Source of the DNA: Pelagibacterium sp.
GTDB lineage: Bacteria; Pseudomonadota; Alphaproteobacteria; Rhizobiales; Devosiaceae
Reading direction: 5' to 3'
Length of the DNA: 64,000 nt
Assembly: GCF_035555455.1 (NCBI RefSeq)
Contig: NZ_DATMGM010000037.1
Span: 84,996 to 148,995, forward strand
Shown: one piece after another, positions 29,423-38,083 of the stretch
How the letters are laid out: each line of letters begins with the position of its first letter
Numbering within the stretch: the stretch's first letter is position 1
Position numbers and translations under genes: made by a program
The notes under the pieces: model-generated
Told to the model about the DNA's origin: nothing
Databases searched by the model: none
The model's input: only the letters and a program-made list of their open reading frames with translations

Positions 29423-30232
29423 CTAGAACGTGGGCAGCTTCCCGCCGGGCGTGGGGACGCCGATCCACTTTTCGTGCAGCTCATCAAGCCGGCCGGTCAC
29501 TTCGGTGTAATAGATGAAGTTGTTGAGCCAGTGATGGAGTTCGGTGCTGCCCTGACGCACCGCCATGGACCAGTAGAGGGTGAAAATCGGAACGTCGGAC
29601 TTCACTTCGAGCGTGTCGAGATTGCGGTTGGCGATGACATCATTGGCAACCGTTGCGACCGCAGCAGTCGCGTCCACCTGGCCCGAAATCAGAGCCTGCA
29701 TGGCCAGCGCGTCATCGTCGAAGCGCACGACTTCAAGACCCTCGACATCATAGCCCGACACCGCGTCGTCCTGGGTGCCACCGCGCGGCACCGACACGCG
29801 CTTGCCGGCCAGATCGTCAAGGCTGGTCAGCTGCATGCTCTTGGCAGCAACAAAGCGCATCTCATAGGCCCCATAGGGGTTGGTCATGAGAAACATCTTC
29901 GCCCGCTCGGGGGTCGCGGTCATATGCGCGATCAGCAGATCGACACGGCCGGACTCGAGAGCCGCCGCACGCGAGGCGTTGTTGACCGGAACAATGTCCA
30001 GCTCCACGCCCATATTTGCCGCCACATCGCGCGCCAGATCGACCAGAAATCCATCCGTGTTGCCGGACGCATCGACCGTGTCATACGGCGGAATACCGGT
30101 CAGCACGCCGATGGAAATGCGTCCCTTGGCTTCGATTTCAGCGATGGACTGCGCGTTGGCAGCCCCGGGCAGCGCCAACATGGCCGCGATCCCGATCACG
30201 CCCGCCGTGCGACGGACAAAATTGGAAAACAT
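29423..30232 (-). CDS. Polar amino acid ABC substrate-binding protein (family 3)
   Basis: Signal peptide from MFSNF (ATG 30232); GF.VDLAR, RAAALESGRVDL, TPERAK. Confidence 0.9.
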   Translation of the reverse strand: MFSNFVRRTAGVIGIAAMLALPGAANAQSIAEIEAKGRISIGVLTGIPPYDTVDASGNTDGFLVDLARDVAANMGVELDIVPVNNASRAAALESGRVDLLIAHMTATPERAKMFLMTNPYGAYEMRFVAAKSMQLTSLDDLAGKRVSVPRGGTQDDAVSGYDVEGLEVVRFDDDALAMQALISGQVDATAAVATVANDVIANRNLDTLEVKSDVPIFTLYWSMAVRQGSTELHHWLNNFIYYTEVTGRLDELHEKWIGVPTPGGKLPTF

Positions 30233-30344
30233 AGTTTTTCCTCTCCCTGGAGAATCCTCATCGCGGCCCTGAACCCAGCCAGGCGAGAACCGCTTGATTG
30301 ACGTCATCACCCCACCGGGCAAGCACCCTTTCGGATATGACACT

Positions 30345-30367
30345 TGACATATGCCTTATGTCATAAG
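30345..30367. promoter_or_regulatory. Operator/promoter between the divergent ABC operon and GntR
   Basis: Overlapping inverted repeats TGACATA-N5-TATGTCA (30345-30363) and CTTATG-T-CATAAG (30355-30367); TTGACA at 30344. Confidence 0.55.
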
Positions 30368-30479
30368 TAAGAGTCAATGGCGTTTCGATACACTTGTGTT
30401 CGACCGCCGCGACTTGCAGTCGCATACGTTTACGGGCATCAGGAAGAAGACGGATGGCATCGGCTTTCAGGGGGGCGTC

Positions 30480-31235
30480 ATGGACGCTGAAAAGATGAAA
30501 GACCGCGCGGAGGCGACTCTTCCCCGCTTGCGCGACAGATTGCACGCTGTCGTTGCGAGCGCCTTCGAAGAGCGCATTCTTTCAGGCGCGCTGGCGGTCG
30601 GCGACAAATTGCCGTCCGAAAGCGAAATCGCGCGCGATTTCGGGATTTCGACCCGCTCGGTGCGCGAGGCCATGCAGATCCTTGAAACAAAAGGCCTGGT
30701 CCGGCGCAAGCACGGCGAGCGCACCACGGTCGCCCGCGATGATGTCGATGAATTTCTGGGCACTCTTGCCACCAGCGTCCGGCAGCTGCTGAGCAATGAT
30801 TCCAACTACATGACCGAACTCATGGTCGTCCGGCGGATGATCGAAACCGACGTGCTCGACCTTCTGGCCGACAAGCCCGATGTCGACCTGTCCAAGGTGG
30901 AAGCCGCATTGACCGAGATGGAAGCGGCCGGGGAGAGCAAGGATTTTGCCCGGTTCACCGCGGCCGACGCCGCGTTCCACCGCGCTCTTGTCGATTCCGC
31001 CGACAACACCATTCTCTCGGTGTTTTACGACAACGTGTTCGCGCTGGTGACCGAGGTTATTCGCGTGACCAGCAGCGTGCCGACCAAATCCTACGCCGCC
31101 GCCCTGGCCGAACATGCGGAAATCTATAACAAAATCCGCGAAGGCAACCTCACCGACGCCAAATCCCTCATGCGCGAACACATCGAGAGCAGCGCCGACT
31201 ACCTGCGCATCGCCATCGAAAAGGGCAATTCCTGA
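30480..31235 (+). CDS. GntR/FadR-family regulator
   Basis: LPSESEIARDFGISTRSVREAMQILETKGLV; FCD with D..FH and H. Confidence 0.92.
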   Translation: MDAEKMKDRAEATLPRLRDRLHAVVASAFEERILSGALAVGDKLPSESEIARDFGISTRSVREAMQILETKGLVRRKHGERTTVARDDVDEFLGTLATSVRQLLSNDSNYMTELMVVRRMIETDVLDLLADKPDVDLSKVEAALTEMEAAGESKDFARFTAADAAFHRALVDSADNTILSVFYDNVFALVTEVIRVTSSVPTKSYAAALAEHAEIYNKIREGNLTDAKSLMREHIESSADYLRIAIEKGNS

Positions 31236-31323
31236 GCCTTGTGGCGCTCAGCCCGCGTGTAGCGCGGACACTGCCAGCGATATAGGGTACTATCGTTCAC
31301 AACCAAGGCGATGGTGGAGACCT

Positions 31324-31827
31324 ATGTTCGCGATGACCGAAGTGGCGCACGCCACGAAAGCCGACCTCTATGCCCAGTTGCGTACCCAGCTCGGCGCGCT
31401 GCTGTCAGCGGAAACCGACCCGATCGCCAATGCGGCAAACACTGCCGCGCTCCTGTTCGGTGCGATGCCCGACGTCAATTGGGCGGGATTTTATTTCCTG
31501 CGTTCAGAATCCGAGCTCGTTCTGGGACCGTTCCAGGGCAAGCCGGCCTGTGTTCGTATCGCCGTCGGCCGAGGGGTCTGCGGCACCGCGGTCGAACGGG
31601 GGACGACGATAAGGGTCGAGGACGTCCACGCCTTCCCCGGCCACATTGCCTGCGACGCAGACTCGCGGTCGGAACTGGTCGTTCCCCTCATTCGGCAAGG
31701 CAGCGTCTTCGGCGTCCTCGACCTCGACAGCCCCCGGGTGGGCAGGTTCGACGCCGATGACCAGGCCGGCATCGAGGCGCTCGCAGCGATATTTGTCGAG
31801 GCGTCAGACTGGCGAACCGAGCAATAG
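31324..31827 (+). CDS. GAF-domain protein (free methionine-R-sulfoxide reductase-like)
   Basis: NWAGFY, LGPFQGKPAC.RI..GRGVCG, V.DVH.FPGHIACD..S.SE.VVP, DLDS. Confidence 0.9.
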   Translation: MFAMTEVAHATKADLYAQLRTQLGALLSAETDPIANAANTAALLFGAMPDVNWAGFYFLRSESELVLGPFQGKPACVRIAVGRGVCGTAVERGTTIRVEDVHAFPGHIACDADSRSELVVPLIRQGSVFGVLDLDSPRVGRFDADDQAGIEALAAIFVEASDWRTEQ

Positions 31828-32078
31828 CGCCGGGGGATGCGGCCCCGCAGACCCGATCAGCGTTCGAGATAACGGGGTCGGCTTGGTAGCAGAGAAACCA
31901 AGCGAAATCCCGCTGTCCTGCGGGATGCTCCGAGCGAAATACTCAATGATGACAATATAGTGGGCATTATGGCGGAGAGTTCAGGACGAAGTCCAAACTT
32001 GCCGACAGGAGCGCGCCTGCCCGACCGACCGCCCCGCCGGAGCGTTTTTACGAAGTAAAATGAGCGCGGGGCAAATAA

Positions 32079-32092
32079 TGGCGGAGACGGAG
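32079..32092 (-). repeat. att-like core resembling a tRNA(Ser) 3' end (CTCCGTCTCCGCCA); no full tRNA present
   Basis: Ends in CCGCCA on the minus strand, followed by a hairpin (gccccgc...ttttac-gaa-gtaaaa...gcggggc). A second degenerate copy TGGCGGAGAG lies at 31970. The tRNA identity is inference. Confidence 0.55.
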
Positions 32093-32222
32093 TCCCCCAC
32101 CTTAGCGTCTCGCGTCATCGCGTAACGTCGCCAGATTGCCAGCAAACCCTCGTAAATACAAGACTTTCTCCGCGCTGATCGTCTCGGATGGTCTCGACTT
32201 ATCGCGTAAGATCGTATAATCT

Positions 32223-32243
32223 TAGGCGGGTTTATAGGCGGGT
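32223..32243 (+). repeat. Integrase arm-type sites (TAGGCGGGT x2, 12 bp period)
   Basis: Direct repeats at 32223 and 32235 just before the integrase; matching pair at 34746/34758. Confidence 0.7.
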
Positions 32244-32249
32244 GCGATT

Positions 32250-32558
32250 ATGCCAAGAGTAGCGAAAGAACTATCCGCGTTGGAGGTGAAACGCCTCTCA
32301 GAGCCGGGGATGTACGCCGTTGGGGGCGTGCCTGGGCTCCATCTTCAAGTCCTCCCCGGCGGAGGAAAGACCTGGCTGCTGCGGGTCACTATCGGGGCGA
32401 CCGCGAGCGGCAAGCAGCGCCGCAGCGAGGTCGGCTTGGGCGGGTATCCGGCGGTGAAACTACAGCAGGCCCGGGACAAGGCGCGCGAGGTCCGGGAGAA
32501 GATCGCCCAAGGCATCGACCCGATAGCGGAGCGCAAGGCTGGGCGTTCACTCCGATGA
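32250..32558 (+). pseudogene. Truncated P4-like tyrosine integrase (only the Arm-DNA-binding/DUF4102 domain)
   Basis: MPRVAKELSALEVKRL..PG..GLHLQV..GG.KTW..R...GLGGYP.V.L.QAR.KA......GIDP; stops right after this domain, with no catalytic domain. Confidence 0.85.
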
Positions 32559-32670
32559 AGGGGCCGGGCGCGGGAAGGGGTTGGCCTTCAGCCTCCTGAA
32601 ATAGATTCTTGTAGATTTACTGAATCTGATACAAAATTGCGTGAATCGTAAATTCATGCAGGGGGCGTCA

Positions 32671-33408
32671 GTGACTACCGAATTCAACTTGCCGGGCTCC
32701 TCATTCGAGGAGATTCAGAAGATTCTCAAGGGATACAGCCATGCCCCAGAGCAGGCGTCCCTCGACCAGTTGTCAAAACTGACTGGACTTCACGCAACCG
32801 TTATCAGCAGGAATAACAAGTTCCTCTCCGACATCGGCCTCATCACAGGAGGCATGAAGAAAAGCTCAACCGAGTTGGGCAAGAAACTCGGGCGTGCCCT
32901 GGACCATAAGCAGGATGCCGATGCTCAGGGCTACTGGAAAGAAGCGGTCCAAACCAATGAGAAGGTCGCTGGGCTGGTCACTACCGTGCGCATTAAAGGC
33001 GGCATGACGGAAAACGAGTTCTCTGCGCACGTGCTGTATGTGTCCGGTCAAAAGAACAACGCAGGGAACAAGACCGGAGCCCGCTGTGTCGTTGATGTCT
33101 TACTCGCAGCGAACCTTCTTCAGGAGGAGAACGGCAAACTAGTTGTGTCTTCCGCTCCCGCGAAGGAGACGTCCGCTGACCTCAAGCTCGCCGTCCTTAC
33201 GCCCACACAGCCGACGACGCAGGAGAATGGCAATGGAGGTGGAGCCGAAACCCCGCTTCCCACCCTGCCCGTGATCCCGCAAACCTCGAACCTGACGCCG
33301 CAAATCGCAATCAATATCCAGCTACACCTGCCGGAAACTGAAAATGCAGAGGTGTACGAGAAGCTGTTCAAGGCGCTCCGCGAACATCTTCTCAGTCCGA
33401 AGGAATAA
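32671..33408 (+). CDS. DUF5343-like protein (wHTH-like N-terminus, low-complexity linker, conserved C-terminal module)
   Basis: C-terminal INIQLHLPETENAEVYEKLFKALREHL resembles the DUF5343 tail. GTG start with GGGGG RBS (alternative starts 32641/32656). Confidence 0.6.
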   Translation: MTTEFNLPGSSFEEIQKILKGYSHAPEQASLDQLSKLTGLHATVISRNNKFLSDIGLITGGMKKSSTELGKKLGRALDHKQDADAQGYWKEAVQTNEKVAGLVTTVRIKGGMTENEFSAHVLYVSGQKNNAGNKTGARCVVDVLLAANLLQEENGKLVVSSAPAKETSADLKLAVLTPTQPTTQENGNGGGAETPLPTLPVIPQTSNLTPQIAINIQLHLPETENAEVYEKLFKALREHLLSPKE

Positions 33409-33411
33409 TCC

Positions 33412-33939
33412 ATGGGGCTGGAGGACTGGACCGCCCGGGCGAGCAAAGCCCGCCGCTCGGCGCATTGGGCATTGGCAAAGCACGAAAGCGCCGCCTCCCG
33501 TGTCGTGCTCTTGGAGGACTTGACCAAGAGCCTGTCGGGCACCCCGGTGGACGTACAGGACTATTTCAGCGAGGCGATTTCATGCCTTGAAAGCGAGCTG
33601 TACAGGTCCGGGATCGTCCTCGCTTGGGCGGGACACTTCCATGTGTTCTCGGAAGTCTGTTATCAGAAGCATGAAGCGGACATCCGAGCTGCGCGCCCGA
33701 AATGGACGTTCAAGGACCTTGGAGAGCTGAAAGAGGCCATCGCTGAGTCCCACTTTCTGATTGTCGCTAAAGATGTGAAGTTCACGACCAAGGCTCAGCT
33801 ACGCATTCTTGATGGTCAGCTATCGCAGCGTAACCAGTGCGCACACCCGACGCTCTACCGCCCAAGCATGAATGCGGCTATCGGGTACGTTGACGAGTTG
33901 ATCCGACAGACGTTGTCTTATCTGCCCTCGTCACCATGA
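33412..33939 (+). CDS. HEPN-domain protein (putative RNase)
   Basis: EAISC....YRSGIV.AW helix and the Rx4H motif RNQCAH(P). Confidence 0.7.
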   Translation: MGLEDWTARASKARRSAHWALAKHESAASRVVLLEDLTKSLSGTPVDVQDYFSEAISCLESELYRSGIVLAWAGHFHVFSEVCYQKHEADIRAARPKWTFKDLGELKEAIAESHFLIVAKDVKFTTKAQLRILDGQLSQRNQCAHPTLYRPSMNAAIGYVDELIRQTLSYLPSSP

Positions 33940-34670
33940 GTGGATTCTCTCTTTCCCTACTCCAAGCCGTCAGCGATTGGCAGCGCGGCGGTGATGCCAA
34001 GCAAAACAAGAAACGCGGCGAGAGGCTGAAAGAGGTGTGTGCGTCCCTTCCCGAGAAGTACCGTACTTGCTCGCTATGTTGCTTTCGACAAGTTGGTTTG
34101 CCCAAGGGCGGCGTGTGGAATCTCATTGGCGAGGATCGCCTGCCCGAGAAAATATCATCATGGACGCTCGACCTTGAAGTGGCGAAGGGGTTCAAGGGAG
34201 GCGTACCGCCCGAAGGACAGGGGTATCAGGGCGTTATCCTTTGCGTGTCTCCCCCGCCCAGCTCTGTCATCATCAATCTGCGCGAGCTATACCGTGACCC
34301 GGACTTCACTGCGGCGCTAGAACAGCACAAGGGGAGTATCACCGGCTATCACGACGGAGCCGGACGCTACGGCAACAATCAAAGCGAAGTCGTGCTTGAG
34401 GTCGCCTCTGTCACGCAGCAGGACATCTACTCGATGGGCGGTCACTCAAGCCCCTTCGAGCAACTTGTAGATGAAGCCGCAAAGCTGGCCTATGGCCCCA
34501 ACGCAACCCCAGAGCAACGCGCGGCATTGCTGTTGAAAGCAGAGCACGTCCGATCCGAAGCAGGCCCAAAATGGTTGAGCTCGGAAGCGACGCAGCGCGT
34601 GGTCATAAAGATGAAGCCTCACGCGAAGCGGCTGCGTAAGATCAAGCGTCAGCAGGACGCCGCCAAGTAA
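33936..34670 (+). CDS. ADP-ribosyltransferase-like protein (R-S-E clade)
   Basis: Ordered motifs CFRQ, ISSWT..LEVAKGF, QSEVVL; ATGA overlap with the HEPN gene. Confidence 0.6.
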   Translation: MSGFSLSLLQAVSDWQRGGDAKQNKKRGERLKEVCASLPEKYRTCSLCCFRQVGLPKGGVWNLIGEDRLPEKISSWTLDLEVAKGFKGGVPPEGQGYQGVILCVSPPPSSVIINLRELYRDPDFTAALEQHKGSITGYHDGAGRYGNNQSEVVLEVASVTQQDIYSMGGHSSPFEQLVDEAAKLAYGPNATPEQRAALLLKAEHVRSEAGPKWLSSEATQRVVIKMKPHAKRLRKIKRQQDAAK

Positions 34671-34675
34671 CAAAA

Positions 34676-34696
34676 AAGCCACCGCAAGGGTGGCTT
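34676..34696 (+). terminator. Intrinsic terminator
   Basis: aagccacc-gcaag-ggtggctt immediately after the stop. Confidence 0.7.
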
Positions 34697-34745
34697 CTTC
34701 ATCGTCTTACAGCGCCTTATCCAGTAGCGTCCCACCACTTCGGGG

Positions 34746-34766
34746 AAGGCGGGCTTTTAGGCGGGT
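34746..34766 (+). repeat. Distal integrase arm-type sites (AAGGCGGGC / TAGGCGGGT, 12 bp period)
   Basis: Same motif, spacing and orientation as 32223-32243. Confidence 0.65.
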
Positions 34767-34810
34767 TCGCCCTGAAAACCACACGGAAAACCCACTAGAT
34801 ATGGCAAAAT

Positions 34811-34882
34811 TGGCGGGCCATGCGGGATAGCGATGAGAACTATATCTACTCCATAGCCCTCCATAGCCCTCCATAGCCCTCC
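34811..34882 (+). repeat. att-like direct repeat copy 1, with 3 tandem CCATAGCCCT units
   Basis: 34811-34872 matches 43947-44008 at 55/62 nt (first 19 nt identical). Confidence 0.85.
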
Positions 34883-34963
34883 AAAATAGGAATGAGGGGA
34901 AGATAGAGCTGCATCACCGTCATCAGATGTGCGTACGGTTCTAGCTACCCGGCATGGCCCGCG

Positions 34964-37900
34964 TCAGGCCCATCCTCCAAGCTCAGCAGCGACGTTGACG
35001 AAATAGCTCGGGATATGCGCGAGCACCGCGCGTAGAATCTCCTCTTGCTGGCAAGCTGCGCGGACGCCGCCGCGGTCGACGACATTTCCCCAGACGAGAC
35101 CGAGAATGCTCGCTACATGCCTATCCGCGAACCCGGCCTCGTGAAACGCAATCGCCGCGCGATCAGTCAGGCCGTATTTAATCTGCTTTTGCAGCAGGCT
35201 GACGCCCGTGTGCAGTGCGTCGTCCAAGTCCTCGGTCAGGTCCGCTATCGATGCAACGATCATCGCAACATCGTAGCCGAAGCCGCTTTCGCACAGCGCA
35301 ACAGCATCTTCGACAGTGACATGGTCACGCCCGACCCGGACTCTTGCATCAGCCAATATGTCGAAGATCACGGCATAGGATCTGCCCGCCACCCACTCTT
35401 CAAGAGAGCGCGGAACTAAATTCTGATCGCTAATCGCCTGGATCGCCCGGGACGTGGTGAACCGGAGTGCCAACGGAGAGATTTCGGCGAATAGCCGGTT
35501 CTCTTGCACTGCGGTCTGCAGGGTTTCAAGGTTCTCAGTCAGCCAAGTTTTGAGTTCTGCAACTGCCGCCGGCGGTAGGGGGGACCGTCGAATAAGCGCG
35601 CGCTGGTCGCCATCGGTGTTGGCCGTAATCGAATCCCCGATCGATCGAAACACTTCGACGAGACGAACCCGCGTCTCCTCGTCAGCGAGGTGATAAGCTA
35701 ATGTATTAGCTGCAAGTTCACCGATCCGCGCTGCCACGTCCTCTCCCTCGGCAAAGGTCATATTGGCTACGAGGAAGGCGGCGATATTCTGGACAGCGCG
35801 GGCGCGACCTTCGATGAACCGGCGGAATTCCCGTTCGCTGATATTAGGTTGCGCCGCGAGCGCTGCGGCCACCACCTCATCTATCCGCGCGGCATCGGCG
35901 AACGCGAGGTCGAGCCAATCGGGCGGAATCTCTTGGACGATCGGCGGTTGGCGCTGCTGATACGCATCGAACAAAGCAAGGATCGAGCTGCGAGAGGGTT
36001 CAGAGTTTCGAGCATCGAGCAGTTCGGTTGCGCGGTCCCACGTCCATCGGCCGCGAAATTGCTGCCGCTGATCGTAGATGGACGGGGTCGAGAAGATGAC
36101 ACTGCCCTCGGTGTGCATCCCCGCGCGACCGGCACGCCCCATCAGATTGTGGAAGTCGCGCACCAAGATCTGTTCGCCGCCTTGGCGCGTCGATGTGATG
36201 ATCAGATATTTGAGCGGAAAATTGACGCCTTGCGCCAAGGTCGAGGTGCAAATGACGAATTTCGCCATACCTTCTTTCATGGCGTGTTCGATCGCGAGGC
36301 GGATGCCGTGCGGCGTGTCGGCGTGATGGGCGAATATTCCAAGCGCTGCCGCGCGGGTCGCTGACGCGCCGGCTCCGAGCTCGACTTCGCAAAGCGCTCG
36401 GATCTTCTCCACCTCGGCGGCGTCCGAGGCTTCAATCGGCCATTCGAGGACGACGCCGCGATCGACGATTTCGACGGCGCGCGAGCAGATCTTCGTCACG
36501 CTGTCTTTTCGGCCGCAGAAGATCGCAACGCTGCCGTTGCGCACGACGTGCAGGCCGAGGAACAGACCGACGTCACCGCCGGTTTTCTCAGGAAATCTGC
36601 GCTGGGCAGTTTCCTTGCCACGGAGTGGCAGAGCGACGTCGCTGATAATGCGAGGCACGAAATATTCTCGCTCGGCCGGATCCTCCGGTTTTACATATTC
36701 GAGTCGCCCGCGTTGGTCCTGCCAACTCGCAAAGGCGATACTTTTAGTCGTCGGTAGCAGACCCTCGGCGCCGACAACCGCATCGGCATCGCCGATCAGC
36801 CATGCAGCGACATCCGGCGCGTTGCCGATCACGGCAGAGATGAGAATGATCTGGGTTTCAGCGGGGAGCGACATGCGCAGCGACGTGAGGAGGAGTTCGT
36901 AGGTCGGCCCCCGGGTCATTCCGTCGAATTGATGTCCTTCGTCATAGATCACCAATCCGATCCTCTGGGCGAGGTCCGGAGCCCGGCGCAGCATATAGAG
37001 GAGCTTTTCGGGCGTCACGATGAGCACCGAGTCTTCGGCGAACAGCGCATCGAGTGCGAGGTCGAATTGATAGGCGTCTGATGCTTCGTCCAGGCGCACA
37101 TTCTCACCGGCAAAGGCCGTTACCAGGTCGCCCCGGATGTCGTGGCAGAGCGAACGATAGGGTGCGACGATCACTGCAAGGTGCGCTCGACCGGACAGAA
37201 AGGCCGATCGAATGATGATTTCGGTGGCGCGAGTCTTTCCGGCACTGGTCGGCATCTGAATGACTACGGAACGTCCAGCGAACACGCCAGCATCCGCGAT
37301 CCGCTGCTGAGCAGGCCAGAGTTCTATCGGAAAATGCGACTTCGCGAGCGCTAGGCGCCACGCGTCCGGCGCCAAGCCTGATGCTGTTGGCAGGATCGTC
37401 CGGGCAGAATTTCTGAGCTTGAGCGCACACAAGGCGCCAGCAATGTCGGCGTAGAGCAATTCGCGCGGTGAGCCGGATCGGTGGAAATACTCGCGGATTC
37501 TGCGGCACGCTTCGGCAATGCCATCCGCCCCGGCCTCGAAGTTGAAATAGCCGGCTAGCGCCTGGAGAAGCTCAGTCGTCGCCGCTTGATGAGCATGGGC
37601 CGCCTCGGTCGGAGCGAAGCTGTTCTTGAGGATGCTGTATACGAGATGACCAAGCCCGCCCGCGAGGTCGAGGCTCGGCTCCGTCATGTGCCGAATGATT
37701 ACCGTCGCGCTGCCGACATTCCCGGCGATGTAGTATGCCGCTGCGCACAGGAGTGAAAATTCGGTGTCTAAGTCGGCATCGAGCTGCGCGTTCAAATATG
37801 CATCGAAGAAAACTGAGGAAAAGCGTAGCACATCTTGCGGGTCCTCATCCAACTCGTCCCAGCCGGGCGGTTGAGGAAGCGCGGCCGGTGCCACTCCTGC

Positions 37901-38083
37901 AACATTGAGCGTATCTGCGACGGCGGCCGCAACATCTCCCAAGATGCCGATTGCCAATGAGAAGAGTAGCGACGGGTCGCGCGGCAACGCATTGAAGTCC
38001 GCTGGCGCGACGCGGAATTCGTGCATCTTTGCTCGTGCTCGCGCGGTGGATAGGATGGTGAGCGCGGTCGCCTCAGGCCTCAT
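34964..38083 (-). CDS. hamB: Hachiman HamB SF2 (Ski2-like) helicase
   Basis: MPTSAGKT, TPEK, DEGH, SAVI, TSTLAQGVNFP, GRAGRAG; overlaps the upstream DUF1837 gene. Confidence 0.85.
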   Translation of the reverse strand: MRPEATALTILSTARARAKMHEFRVAPADFNALPRDPSLLFSLAIGILGDVAAAVADTLNVAGVAPAALPQPPGWDELDEDPQDVLRFSSVFFDAYLNAQLDADLDTEFSLLCAAAYYIAGNVGSATVIIRHMTEPSLDLAGGLGHLVYSILKNSFAPTEAAHAHQAATTELLQALAGYFNFEAGADGIAEACRRIREYFHRSGSPRELLYADIAGALCALKLRNSARTILPTASGLAPDAWRLALAKSHFPIELWPAQQRIADAGVFAGRSVVIQMPTSAGKTRATEIIIRSAFLSGRAHLAVIVAPYRSLCHDIRGDLVTAFAGENVRLDEASDAYQFDLALDALFAEDSVLIVTPEKLLYMLRRAPDLAQRIGLVIYDEGHQFDGMTRGPTYELLLTSLRMSLPAETQIILISAVIGNAPDVAAWLIGDADAVVGAEGLLPTTKSIAFASWQDQRGRLEYVKPEDPAEREYFVPRIISDVALPLRGKETAQRRFPEKTGGDVGLFLGLHVVRNGSVAIFCGRKDSVTKICSRAVEIVDRGVVLEWPIEASDAAEVEKIRALCEVELGAGASATRAAALGIFAHHADTPHGIRLAIEHAMKEGMAKFVICTSTLAQGVNFPLKYLIITSTRQGGEQILVRDFHNLMGRAGRAGMHTEGSVIFSTPSIYDQRQQFRGRWTWDRATELLDARNSEPSRSSILALFDAYQQRQPPIVQEIPPDWLDLAFADAARIDEVVAAALAAQPNISEREFRRFIEGRARAVQNIAAFLVANMTFAEGEDVAARIGELAANTLAYHLADEETRVRLVEVFRSIGDSITANTDGDQRALIRRSPLPPAAVAELKTWLTENLETLQTAVQENRLFAEISPLALRFTTSRAIQAISDQNLVPRSLEEWVAGRSYAVIFDILADARVRVGRDHVTVEDAVALCESGFGYDVAMIVASIADLTEDLDDALHTGVSLLQKQIKYGLTDRAAIAFHEAGFADRHVASILGLVWGNVVDRGGVRAACQQEEILRAVLAHIPSYFVNVAAELGGWA

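Noticed and set aside
32079-32170. Intact tRNA gene on the minus strand
   Set aside because: Only the last ~14 nt look like a tRNA 3' end; the upstream sequence has no T-loop, anticodon arm or D-arm.
34851-34882. CCATAGCCCT x3 as a CRISPR or phase-variable tract
   Set aside because: 10 bp units without spacers, intergenic and part of the larger att-like repeat.
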